The position numbers and the translations under genes were made by a program. The notes beneath the pieces were generated by a model. That model had not been told where the DNA came from, made no database searches, and was given only the letters and a program-made list of their open reading frames with translations. A stretch of DNA of 64,000 nt from Saccostrea echinata (taxonomy: Eukaryota). This document shows positions 50,441 to 62,894 of this stretch, piece after piece (the first letter of the stretch is position 1; every line of letters begins with the position of its first letter). The stretch lies in assembly GCF_033153115.1 (NCBI RefSeq), contig NW_026889753.1, positions 12,028,001 to 12,092,000 on the forward strand. Reading direction: 5' to 3'.

Positions 50441-51572
50441 AACAAGCATTCTGAGAGTATTGCATTAGCAATACTAGTCCTCTACCGGCAAGTGTAATCT
50501 GACCGTTAAAAATTGAAAATCCCATAATTCCGTCAAAAATCAATAAAGTGGAATGAAATGCAAACTTAATCTATAACTCATAAAGGTTAAGTCACATACC
50601 AAAAATCAGATCAATATCTGTAAGCGTTTAGAACAAAAATTGCGGAAAACCCTGAAAAATTGAAAAGGTCGTAATTCCGTCAAAAATCATTGAAGCGGAA
50701 CGAAATGCAAACTTGGTCTGTAACTCATCAAGATACACTCACATACCAAAAATCAGCTCAATATCTGCAAGCGTTTAGAAGAAAAGTGCGGAAAACCAAG
50801 AGGGACAGACAGACAGAGGGACAAACAGACGGACAGACGGGTGGACAGACTCAGAGGAAACCTATAGTCCCCTCCGGTTTTCCGCACTTTTTTCCAAAGA
50901 CTTTTTTTACTATTTGAAATGTTAATTGAAACGCCGGTTGCCCCTCCCCCTTTTTTGTTGTGTAATAGTGAAATAAGGGTTTTGTAGTAGTGTATGAATA
51001 AAATTTGGTACTGAAAGAAGTTGGAACCTACTTGACATATGGTGCACGAGCCCATTACGAGTGCACTGTGTCAAACCCTGATTACAATTTTGGCATACTA
51101 CATCCCAATATAACCCTTTTTTATTAGTTCCTTACCGGTGAAACCGGAGGAGATTATAGGTTTCCTCTACGTCTGTCCGTCCGTCTAGCTGTCCCTCTGT
51201 CTGTCTGTCCCACTTGGTTTTCCGCATTTTTTCCCTAAACGCTTGCAGATATTGAGTAGATTTGTGGTATGCTAGTGTATCTTGATGAGTTACAAATAAG
51301 TTTGCATTTCGTTCCACTTCATTGATTTTTGATGGAATTACGACCTTTTCAATTTTTAAGGGTTTTCCGCAATTTTTTTCTAAACACTTGCAGATATTGA
51401 GCTAATTTTTGGTATGTGACTTTACCTTGGTTAGTTACAAATTAAGTTTGCATTTCGTTCCGCATCAGTGATTTTTGACGGAATTATGGCATTTTCAAAT
51501 TTTAAGGGGAACCAGATTACATTTGCCGGTAGGGGACTAGTATTGCTAATGGAATACTCCCAGAATGCTTGT
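50441..51572. repeat. Two copies of one short HINE family in inverted (tail-to-tail) orientation: 50441-50885 (+) and 51134-51572 (-)
   Basis: Both read aacaagcattctg...actagtcc.ctaccggcaa...(gaca)n...agaggaaacctata...ctccggttt. Confidence 0.85.
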
Positions 51573-53976
51573 TTTTTTATGCTGTCAGACTGTTGCATGT
51601 ATACGACCAATTTAATTAAATGTTCAATCCCAAACCTATTTGCATACGTTAAGGATATTGAGCAATTTTCAATCATTTTGAACTAGTTAAATCAGTATTG
51701 CTAGATAACGATGAAAGTTAAATGAACCAAATTTACAAGATTGATGCAAGAAGCTAGCCATTTTGAACCTTAATCGTTTTTGAAGAGTTATCTGCCCTTG
51801 ATGAAAAGAAGGTAATTTTAATTTTGTCAAAATATCAGTGTAAATGATTTATTTTATTTCACATTTTAATAGAGAGAGAGTTTATGCATATTTTCATCAA
51901 GAAATTTGTATGAATTGCTTTTTACAATATTTCAATAACACATGTGCTACCCATAGACCAATGTAAAATTCAAGGTGCAATTAATTGTACAATAGTCAAA
52001 ATTTTGTAAATTCCTTCGGTGGAGTATTTTTATTTGATAACACCTTCAAAATGCTACCATGATTAAAAATATCGGACCATTCATTTATTAGGAACAAAAT
52101 ATGGTCGTTATACATTGAATACTTTAAATTTAAATATTTCATTTTACATTCTTCAAATCTTCAAGTTATCACCAATGTTAAAATTTTTGAAAAAGGGCAT
52201 GGAGTCAAATGTGGAAACACAAATAAAATGTTAACGTCGGCCTTAACTTTTGCTAGAGAGACGGGGCTTTTCTATTTTTTCAAGTGTGCATTACTTATCC
52301 AGATCTTTCGGATGATACACGTTTAATTTACCTCATGATCTTGAAGTTTGATGCAATTTTAAAAAGCTTTAATCTTGGGCGTATAAACTTTTAATAAATC
52401 AAAAAGTTTAAATCTTTATTTTTAAATGATGGACTTGCAGACAAGATAGGGCATACAGAAAAACAGTAAGAAGTAATTGCATCCTCTCCATTAAGACATC
52501 GAAAGTAGGATTTGCGTGTCAACTGAAAATAAGAAAACGACACTTTTGATGGTCGCAAAGAATGAAAAATATGAGTGTATTTAGTACAGATCTATACCTC
52601 TAGCCCTCTACTCCGTCCAACTTTTTGATACCTTGTCAATTACACCACAATCATATGATTTCTGAAGGGTTGTGTGTTATAAAAGGTCAAAATATATCCC
52701 TCTTATTCAAATGTCAGCTTACATTAATCATAAAAATATAAAAAAAATCGGTTTATTTTCCTTATTGGTTTTTTTCTCATGATTTCTTTCAGGGATTTAT
52801 CAGTACCTTCTCAGGGGCCGAAATTCGGCCTCATTTTCAATTGAAAATGAGTTCAGATTTTCCCAGTTTGGCAGTATTTTTTCCCAATTGGTGAACAGTG
52901 CTTTTATATTTAATCATCTTGGAAAAACACAGAGTAAAACTGTCAGATTGTCTGTAATTTTCATCTATATAACTTATTTAGCAAAGGTACAGTCATAACA
53001 GGTTTAAAAACACTGTAAAAACATCGCCTTCTAATCCGAATTTCCTTTGTTTTTCTGAAAATGGTGATATTGTGTAATTGTATAGATTTAGTAAGTTATT
53101 TCCACCTACTCAATTGATCTACGAGTGAATGGTTAGGACTGTAGGCATTATTTAAGATAGAAAATATATTTTCAATGTTTTTATACATATTAAAAGAGGA
53201 CTTTGAAAAAATGTGTACCAGTGGTATAATTTTTTGCAGAAGATTTATAATCTCCAGAAACAGATTCTATAATGACCTAAATGGGAATCCCATACACACT
53301 TGTACTACCCTGAGTTGTATAGGTAAATACTTATACTCATTGAAGTCAATTTTACTTTTATTAGTCTATTATTCATAATTGATCTTGTATGATGAAGTTA
53401 AATATATTTAATTGTCTGTTTGGTTGCCCAAATTCGAGTTCATGCTGAAATGTTAAATGAATTTGAATACATGATTTAAGCAACATTTTAATTTTTTTCC
53501 AATTTCATCAAATAGCTGGTGATATTTTCCCAATTCCCCAAAAATGGCGTTTCCCAAAATAGGCTGATAGGCTAAATCCCTGTCTTTTGTTCATTTTACC
53601 AATGATTGAATTACATGTAACAATACCAACAAATATCTTTTAATGAAATAATTATATGTTTATTTAAAATGAACTAAGAATTACTTTCTATTTCCACTAT
53701 GGAAGAGTAATTCATCTTGTTGCGCTCTTTTGTGAAAAAGTCGGAAAATGTACAAATCTCGCGGTATTTCTGGGACAAACGTAACGTAAACATGTAAACA
53801 ATGAGTGCGTTCAGAGTACTACCGCTGGTAGACAAAAGTTACCACTGGTAGAATTTCTTACCATTGGTATGCCAATGGTACCAAAGTTTGCCGACAAAAT
53901 TTACCATAGGTAGATTTTTCTGCAGACGAACTAGAGCTCTGTTTGCAATGGTAACTTTTTTAGTGACGTCACGAAA

Positions 53977-55523
53977 ATGGCGGGTATAGAGTACGTGCTG
54001 AAAGCGACAGATTTTTTATCTCAGCTATTTCCATTAAATCTTGTTGTTGCGGGAAAAAATTACCGTATATTAACCAAAGCTACAAATATACAGTTTATAT
54101 CTGACAGTAAGTATGCACACTTTCTACTCTTTAGTCGTATATGTAACTGTTGACCAATGTACAGATTTCATTCCGAGTTTTCTGTCTTCTTACACGTTAG
54201 TCTTGCTGCGCGAGCGGCGCTTCGCACCGCTTGCTGTTATAAATATATATATCGAGGTAAGTTGGAACATTGGGTATTTTTGTGTGTCTGTTTTGTTTGT
54301 AGGTCTAGAATATACGACTCGTGTTATACAATTATTTAACCTACTAGTTATCTATTTCAAATACATGTTATTTTTTCTGAAGTACAATACAACAGTTTTG
54401 CCTACACACTTTTTAACGAAAAATCTGTCTCAAAAATGTTTAATAGTCTTAACTGTTTTTTTTCTTTACCGGATAGTGACATAAACGATGCAAATACATT
54501 CTGTTAATAATAAATTAATAATTTTGAGTATGTTCAGCTTATTGCATTGAGCAAACCAGGGACCTATATACTATATAGGTCCCTGAGCAAACCAAAAACT
54601 GATGATGAAAACGTTTTATGACTAATGGAAAATAATTTATTAAAAATAATTTTCTTTTTTTTTTACTAATACTAGATCTTGATGTGGTATCTAAACAGCT
54701 AGAAAAGTTGCTTCCACCGGAACCACCCAAGGATCCAATATTCATTGATTGTATTAATGGCCAAATAGTCATTCCACAGGTATTATTTCAAAATGAAGAA
54801 CCTCAGGAAACTCAAACTAGAAGTGAATGCAGCTCTGCATCCTGTGATGTAATTAGTCAAGCCAGCACCTCAGACAATCCCATCCCACAGAGTCAACCCC
54901 AAACTCCTATCTACCAAGATGACAGTGATTGTGAAGATTCAGGTATGAGGAGTTCAAGGTATGAGTGGAAGTTAACCACAACCCGAAAGCTTCTAAATGT
55001 TTTAGAGGAAAAGAAAAAAGCTGCACCAGAGTCATTTTCTATTAACAAGAAGATATGGGCCGGGATATCGAAGGAGATATCCAAAACTGAAACTAATTGT
55101 CCATCTTCCAATCAGTGTCGAGAAAAGTTCTATACATTAAAAAGAAGTTACAGAAAGTTTTTGTCAGAATGCAAAAAAACTGGAAATAAAACCCCTAAAC
55201 CATTTCGATATGAAATTGAAATGCAGAGTATTCTTGAGGGGGATCCATCCTTTAAACCATTAGTGTTGCGTAGCTCTTTTGGTATGAGAAAAGATGATGA
55301 TGAGTCAGATGAAGACACAATTGAACAGGAAGATGATGCAAGCACCAGCAGTGCTTCGAGACCAACCACCCCCATACCTACAGCCAAGACAAAGAAGAGG
55401 AAGATTGACGAGATGAAAGAGTATTTTGAGGAGAGAGACAAAAAATTCTTCGAGGTGATGGAAAATATGCAAAACAGCAACAAGGAACTCTTAACCAAAC
55501 TCATTGAAAAATTAGGCAAATAG
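53977..55523 (+). CDS. Harbinger Myb/SANT-like (trihelix) DNA-binding protein; exons 53977-54106 and 54676-55523 (~325 aa)
   Basis: W..TTTRKLL...KKIWAGISKEI...SSNQCREKFYTLKRSYRK...F.Y trihelix pattern. GTAAGT donor, TACTAAT branch point and AG acceptor give an in-frame phase-1 join. Confidence 0.85.
54557..54585. mobile_element. 29-bp palindromic micro-insertion with target-site duplication
   Basis: agcaaac-CAGGGACCTATATA-C-TATATAGGTCCCTG-agcaaac. Confidence 0.75.
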
Positions 55524-55982
55524 GGTACACATTACAAATGTTTTGTCCTCATGCTTTAGAGGTCACATTCTTTTGAGGCCAGATTGTTCAAAAGTTTCAC
55601 ACTGTTGGTGTTTACTCACTTTGATTTATCTTTTTGACAATTGCTTAAGTAAGCTTGTTAGTATCAATTAAGACAGAAGTTGTGTTCTATATTTCTTTTT
55701 ACTTGTCATTATAATAATGATTATTTTGACCCGCTGGCATTTAATTATAGATATACACTAATGATCTATTTCATGTTTTTTGTTTAAACATTTTAAACTC
55801 GATTATTTATTTTTAGCTATACAAAGAAATTGTATAATTATATATGGTTTGTAAAATTAATAAAGTTATGTAAAGAAATGTTTAATGTCCTGAATATCTT
55901 CAATGAACATGGGATATTACAATAATATAAAAGTACTTAAGACAATTAACAGTCTATTAATTGTAGAAAATGTTGTTGATAT

Positions 55983-57106
55983 TCATATCAATTGGTTCAT
56001 CATCTGTTGTCTGGTTTGAATTCCTTGGAGTTGATGACCATCACGGGCAGGTGGCATGTCATAGCAAGCTTCAAATTCATCTGGCACTTCGATAAAGTCT
56101 GTGTCTGAAATACATAAGTTATGTAAAACACAAGCGGCAAGAATAGACTCTACTAGGATTTTCATATTGGAGGTCTCAAATCGCAAAAGTCTCCGAAACC
56201 GACACTTTAATAAGCCAAATGATCTTTCGATGACTTGTCTGCTACGACTGTGCTCCCTATTAAATTTTCGTTGTAGCTCAGTAAGGTTGCCGCAATTCCG
56301 AAAGGGTGTAATAAGCCACTGCAGTAAAGGAAAGGCTGAATCCCCCAATATGACAAAACCAACAGGAATCTTTACATCACTGTTTTGAAACAGATCCGAC
56401 ATACGCAGAACTGTAGCATCATGTGTGCTTCCGGGATTTCCCGTCCAAACATAAGTAAATTCCATATTAGAATTGCAACATGCCAGAAGTACCACTGAAT
56501 AAAATTTCTTTCTGTTGAAGTAGGCCTGTGGCTGGTGTTTGGGGGCATTGATCGGAATGTGACTGCCATCCAGAGCACCCAAAACATTTTGAAATTGACA
56601 GTTTTCTCCAAATTTTTGACATGTTTCATTTAGTTCTGCTTGTGATGTAGGCCATCTAATTACCTCTGCCATAACACTTATCAAGGAGGAGGATACTCTA
56701 GTAACACTAGCGTGAAAACTTCCTTTAGATGTACCAAACCGATCAGCCATAGATCGAAAACTCTCAAGGTTTCCTAAGTACCACAAAAACATCAACAGTT
56801 CTTTTTCAAGATTAGGGGTAGGACCCTTTTGATTGTTGTAAGCGTAGACAATCTCTGGCAAGTACTTTCAAATGTGTCTCTGGACAAACGGAAATGAGTT
56901 TTAAATTCATCCAGTGTATATGAGGGTATAGTTATCTCATAGTAATGACTCACTCTAGCCATTTCCTCCGATGATCTACGCATGCTTTGCAGGAGAAAAT
57001 AATCTGTAAGGGAGAAGTACTTTACTGTACTAATGAAAGTATTTGTGAATACATCTTTTTGCTGCAAAATGATGCACGAAGCAACAATTATATCTTTGTT
57101 TGACAT
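55983..57106 (-). pseudogene. Harbinger (HARBI1-like, DDE_Tnp_4) transposase with one frameshift near 56845
   Basis: The N-terminal frame (EFKTHFRLSRDTFE) continues in the -1 frame (LEKELLMFLWYLG..FRSMADRFG..GALDGSHIPI..YFNRK..GSTHDATV..LGDSAFPL..VIERSFGLLKCRFRRL..ACVLHNLC). Confidence 0.9.
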
Positions 57107-59609
57107 TTTTCTCTAAATAATCAGCCAATGTTAACAATGGTACACCAATGGCACCAATGGTACACCGATGTTGCCATTGGTAACATTGGTGAGTTTCCTA
57201 CCAACTGTACCCAAAAACCCGTTCAGAGTACATATGTATCCAATGGTACCAACGGTACAAATTGTTACCATTGGCAAACAGGTGATGGTACCACTGGAGA
57301 TACTCTGAACGCACTCAATACGTTGAATGTCGATGAACAAATCCTAAGAAAATGCAAATGAAATATTTAATTGTTGTGGACTTTATAAACATTAAGAGTA
57401 GGAATGACAACGATATCAATTTATATCTATTGTTGATCGTCTGTACCTATTTATCGTATGATACATCTAAATACAATACACATGCCTCGGAAATATTGTA
57501 TTCTTTATTGATGGATGATAAATTTAGGGTTCTCGCTCTCTTACATACGTCTTTTAGTTCTTCTATTCTTTAATTGGAATGACAAATACATTTAACATTT
57601 AAAACTGGATTGAGATTGGCGTGTTTTTATTATCTGCAACACCATGCTGTCCCAGTCAGACGACCAAACGCGCCTCTAATTTTGAAGAGTTCACTAATGG
57701 GAATAGAACGGATCTCGCTATTTAATTTTTGAAAGGTGACTTCACGCCATTGCAAATAGCAATTTCGGGAATAGAAAGTATTGAATTGCGAATGTTGGCC
57801 TAGATCTGTTGTAACAGGAAGTCCCTCTTATGATTTCGTCTGACAGTCATATCAAAAAATGCGTATATTTTAAATAATCAGGATATATTAATACAATAGT
57901 TAGATGTTTTTAGAAGTTTAAGTTCAATTTCAACGATCCAACAGACATAATTGCAAATATGTTATCGAAATTAAGTATGAAACATCAAAAAGTGTAAACC
58001 GGGCTTGCTACCCATTTAGTCACCAGGAAAAGGACGATCGGTGATTATCATTGAAAAACACAATATTTTGAGTTAAAACTCTCAGCGAAGGCAAATTTTA
58101 TTGTTATGAATTATGTCCGTAAATTTCATTAAGAAAGAATAAGTATTTATTCCGTAATTGTCAAAAACCCGGTTTTCAGTTTCGAAATTCCCGGCCCGGC
58201 CCGGGTTTTACTACCCATTTTAGTCACACTCATATCATTTGGTTGTAGGAAAGATATACTCTGATAAGCGACTGATAACCATTACGCATGCCTTGAGTAG
58301 TTATGAAAAATCTGTTATTCTTTATGGTATAACACATTTATACTATTTGAATTTTAGTCTTTCATCGTTGTAAGCCACTGGCCGTGTCCATTTTATGGTT
58401 TGTGGAAAAAGGATGGCCTCAAACCCCGTGGCTTGTGACGATGCACGTCTTAATGATCACACATTTTAGATTCTTAACCTGTATTTTCAATAACAAAATT
58501 TTGTCAGTCTACAGTACTCCTTCCGAAGACGATTTTTCTTTGACCTTTTTTGAGTACATTACACTAGCCAAAATATCTAATGTTCACATCAAATATCCAA
58601 ATATGGCTTACGTTTCTAATATAGCATTTAATGTTAGAGTATTTAATATCGTTGTATTCTTCGTAAGTAAAATATACATGCTGATACTTGAACATAATAG
58701 CGAGCGCAGCGAGCGGCGCGAAGCGCCGCTCGTCACTGCGAGCTCTAACGACAACGCCTGGGCGAAGAGAAAATTCGGACTACTGCAAATTAATTCAATA
58801 GATTTTTTTTCCGCAGTAATTCTGACCCACAATGCATCGCTTCTTGTTCTCGCTGCTAACTTCGTTCACGCGGTGACAACAACTAAAAATTCTCACAAAA
58901 TAAACTCACCTTAATTTAATGGATATTGCATGCAGATAGTAGATTAAACGTTTTGTTAAAATATTTGCACTTTTTAAACTTTGTTTATGGAAATGCAGCT
59001 AACATACGACGTCATGTGACGTCACAGTCTAGACGTTCCAAATGTCTCGTGCGGTTTGAAGAGGCGGATCATAATAATGAAGTGAACACTGCGCTCGCCC
59101 AAACGGTCGCACCGTCAACATATTAAATCCCTTACAATTATACACACATGCTTACCTTTGAAGTGTTGGTAATTAAATACATTATAACAGAAATTCTTCG
59201 GCGTATAACTTTTCGTATAGCGGGAAAACAAAAGATGTATTTTTAATCTCGATCCCGATCAGGTCATATTATTTACACACAATCAATCATTTCCATAATA
59301 TTCAAGAACTTTATTTGCTGCTAATAGCCTTAAAATTTTAATAGGGAAACATTGTCATGCAAATGGTCATTTGATTTGTAAAAAAAAAACAAAACTGTTG
59401 ACCTAATTTTTACCGTCACGGTTGACGTCAAGTCAATTAGTGAGGCTACACATTGTGTCATGCAGTATTCAATAAAATATTGATTACATTCAAACATTTT
59501 TCATGCGGTACGTAGTAGATACAGATACAAAATAATCAATGCCTGATTTCAGATCAAAGGTAACAAGCTCAGTGGTGATCAATATGGTTTTGGGTTGATT
59601 ATGAAAAAA

Positions 59610-60638
59610 AAAATGTTTTCGTAACAATGATTATAGAATACAAGATCTAAATATCAAATATCTCCCACATTTTTATAAAGAGGTAATGTGTGCATTTAAT
59701 GAATGTAAACAAAATAATCAAGAAAAATTCCAGTTACAGAATATATGGTTTAACAAAAACATAACGTATAAAGGAAAACCGCTTTTTCTTCCAAACTGGA
59801 TCAAAAGTGGTTATAAATATGTGAATGATCTTTTCAATGAACTCGGATTTAAAACAATAAATGAAATTAAGAAAATTTAATATGTCCACAAAACTACTTT
59901 TGTGAGTACGTGATTGTAAAGAGTGCTCTTAAGAAAGATACTCCAAAAATAAACCTACAGAATAAAGCAAACGCAAATAATTCACAGCTCTGCTTCAACT
60001 TTCACGGATATTTTGAACAAATTGAGGGTAAAAAATCTTAAATTCTTCTACAATATCTTGTTACCCAAAACATAAAAAAAACTTTAATGGAAAGATTTTG
60101 GTCTGAGCTATTCTGTACTAACGACTTCCACTTATGGGAAAATATTTACCAGGAAAAAGTCAAAGAAATATTTGATAAGAATGTGTCAGAGTTTAACTTT
60201 AAATTGATGCATAACTTACTGACTTGTAACAAGTATGTAAGTAAATGGAAAAAAGACTTAGATAAAGACTGTTCGATTTGTAATGTAGAAGAAGACATAA
60301 AGCATCTTATTTTTGATTGCCGTGTAGTAAAACCTATTTGGAGTAAAATATCATCGCTTTTAAATATAGATGTGTCATAGAAAGTTATTGTCATTGGTTT
60401 TCCAGCATATTTTAACAAAAGTACCTTTATTTTAGACAATATATTGTCTTTCATTGCCTACAAAATATATAAATATAAAATGAAATGCAGACTTTCAAAT
60501 GAGAGTGTTACTAATGAGAGTGACAGTCTAATGTGTTTCTTAAAAAATGCACTTACTCAGTTTTATTTCATAACAAAATAAGCAAAAAGTATTGCATGTG
60601 ATTTCAAAATCATCAAAGAGTTGTCTGAAAAATTGTGA
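59610..60638 (+). mobile_element. Degenerate 3' end of an L1/Tx1-type LINE ORF2 (zf-RVT region)
   Basis: IWFNKNI..KGKPLF..WIKSG and FNFKLMHNLL..N......CSIC..EEDIKHLIFDC....IW (CCHC motif), interrupted by stops and frameshifts. Confidence 0.8.
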
Positions 60639-61087
60639 TATTATCTATTTATGCAAAGGTGGCCTGGCCTTTGGAGTATACAATCGTAGGGGGGGGGGGG
60701 TGGACTTTATGCGTTGTGGCTTGGTGCCCCCTACGATTTATCAAAAACTTTTGTCGTTAGGATGCCATTAATGTTTTTTTTTTTCTAGTAAAAAATCCAA
60801 ATATGAATCATATGAATCAGACTCTATAGTGTCTTTTATTTTGAGTTCAAAGGGATATGTCGAATCAACTAGGAATAAAAAGGAATCAAGCGTGGTCCAG
60901 ATATCTAAATGTTGAAGGCCACTGCAAGAGGTTTTTGAGTACATTCTGCTTCATATAAATAGAAAAATAAGGTCTTCTAATAGCAAGGCGCAGTTGGTAA
61001 CCATGAGAATTCCGCCAGATTGTTGGAAGACTTGATCTCCAAAAACTACATATAGTTAATGAGTTATTACTCTGAAGCTGATATTAT

Positions 61088-61635
61088 ATAAATAGTGCAC
61101 GTTTTTGAGGGTAACAGTTAAAATTGACACCCCAAGGAAAACCATTGTCAACCGACGCGTCAGCGGAGGTTGACAATGGTTTTCCTTGGGGTGTCAATTT
61201 CAACTGTTACCCTCAAAAAACGTGCACTATTTATTTTATTATACTGAATGTCTTATTGATTTCGGATGTCATAAAAAAAAATTCGGAGATCGTCGTTAAG
61301 TTCACGCTTAGAAAGCTTTCAAACGGTTAGAAAGCTTTCAAACTCACCGCTTCTATTTTTCTCAATAAGAAAGCTTCGTCTGTCGTTTGTTGTTTTCAAG
61401 TAAGCTACATCGGACGCAAGCTTTTATTGACGTCGTTTATTTGGCTTCTTTCAAACGCACAACTGACGTTTTGAGAATTCTACGGTGAACCGTACGCGCA
61501 TGATTTGAACGCATGTGACATTTTCGTAATGTTACCCGTTGCCAACTGTGTTGCTAACGCTGAGGGTAATATTACGGATTGTTAAATGCGTCTAAACCAA
61601 TCAGATTTTAGTATTTAACATGAAAGTATAATAAT
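61088..61635. mobile_element. Non-autonomous element beginning with a ~147-bp hairpin (61088-61234)
   Basis: aaatagtgcacgtttttgagggtaacagtt...aactgttaccctcaaaaaacgtgcactattt followed by a CpG-rich tail ending accaatcagatttt...aaagtataataa. Confidence 0.7.
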
Positions 61636-61871
61636 GAAAAATGCTCGAGTTTCTGATTGACAATATATAATATAATAGTATAATTATGTAGTTTAGACAG
61701 CAGGTCTTCCAACAATCTGTCGGAATTTCCATGAGTACCAATAGCGCCCCATTATTGGCAGACCTATTTTTGTATTCATATGAAGTAGAATTTATTTACT
61801 TATTTTTTTTAAATATGTTTTCATATATATGAGAAGAAAAACACTTGCTGTGGCCTTCAATGCGACAGTAA

Positions 61872-62268
61872 GGGTTTCCATCCTTAATAGGACCTAATTC
61901 TCTATCCTTAAATATCCATCACGTATATAATACTCTGATATTAATTCAAATCATTTTACAGTAGAAAAGGATTTACCAAGAGAAAGTTTCAAAAAATGTA
62001 ATTAACTAAGCAGTAATTAATCATTAGAAATGACAATTGAAAACAATTTTTTTTTAAAGTATTGATTTTTTTTTAAAATTGATTTTTATAACTTAAAGAA
62101 AAAGAGGGAGATAACTCTTCAACAAGGTCATAAATTAGGACACGTTCCATTCTTACATTCTAATAGTAATTAATGGAATTTTGTCTAAAAATACTGAGTA
62201 TTCTACCCGTACACATCTGTTATGTATTCAAATTCATTGAATCTGAGGCTATTAGGGATGGAATACCC
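61872..62268. mobile_element. MITE, Harbinger-type (TAA TSD), inside the Penelope-like remnant
   Basis: gggtttccatccttaatag / ctattagggatggaataccc flanked by taa. Confidence 0.7.
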
Positions 62269-62330
62269 TAAGATGTATCGAAAGTATTATCAATTAACAT
62301 TAGTTACTTCCATTCATTTGTCGACTCGAT

Positions 62331-62894
62331 AAGACCGCCGAACATTAACTGGCAAGATTGGAAATATGCAGCTTACAACATTTCCATCTGTTATAGTCAA
62401 AACATTTCGGGCGCTGAGAAAACATTGGATTGAAATTCTAGTTCGAAATTCATTTTCAATCCACCTCAGCTACTCTAATCTAATACGAACAGTGTTAGCG
62501 ATTGATCCAATGTTGTCCATTTCGGAATAGTTCGACATTTATATAAATTTAGGTCCAACGTTTTAAGGATAGGCAAGCGTTATAAGGATTTCTAGAAATA
62601 ATATAATAATCTATAACGCTTGCGTATCTTTATAAAAATACTGGATCGAAAATTTTGATGCACATCAATTTCATAATATTTTGGAATTGAAATTATTTGT
62701 CTTTTGGATCATACATTAACACTTTGCGTGTGAAAATAGCTAAGGTGGATTGAAAATCAACTTCAAACTTGAATTTCAATCCAATGTTTTCTCAGACGCC
62801 CGTGTTGTATTGTACCCGCCCATATCAATGTCAACAGATGGAAATGACGTAAGCTGTATATTTCCAATCTTGCCAATTAATGTTCCGCGGTCTT
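62331..62894. mobile_element. Fold-back MITE inside the Penelope-like remnant
   Basis: aagaccgccgaacattaactggcaagattggaaatat is mirrored by atatttccaatcttgccaattaatgttccgcggtctt, with further internal inverted blocks. It splits the RT sequence between VDSI and YPSELE. Confidence 0.8.

Larger units (their letters stand above)
53803..57316. mobile_element. Full-length PIF/Harbinger DNA transposon (3.5 kb)
   Basis: 16-bp perfect TIR GAGTGCGTTCAGAGTA, 3-bp TSD AAT on both sides, subterminal acca(a/c)tggta repeats, and two convergent genes (Myb/SANT protein and DDE transposase). Confidence 0.95.

Noticed and set aside
56835-56875. Programmed -1 ribosomal frameshift in the Harbinger transposase
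   Set aside because: No X XXY YYZ slippery heptamer in the overlap; a 1-nt deletion or assembly error is simpler.
58384-58914. 176-aa ORF
   Set aside because: Non-ATG start, no recognisable motif, and it crosses a repeat-derived hairpin.
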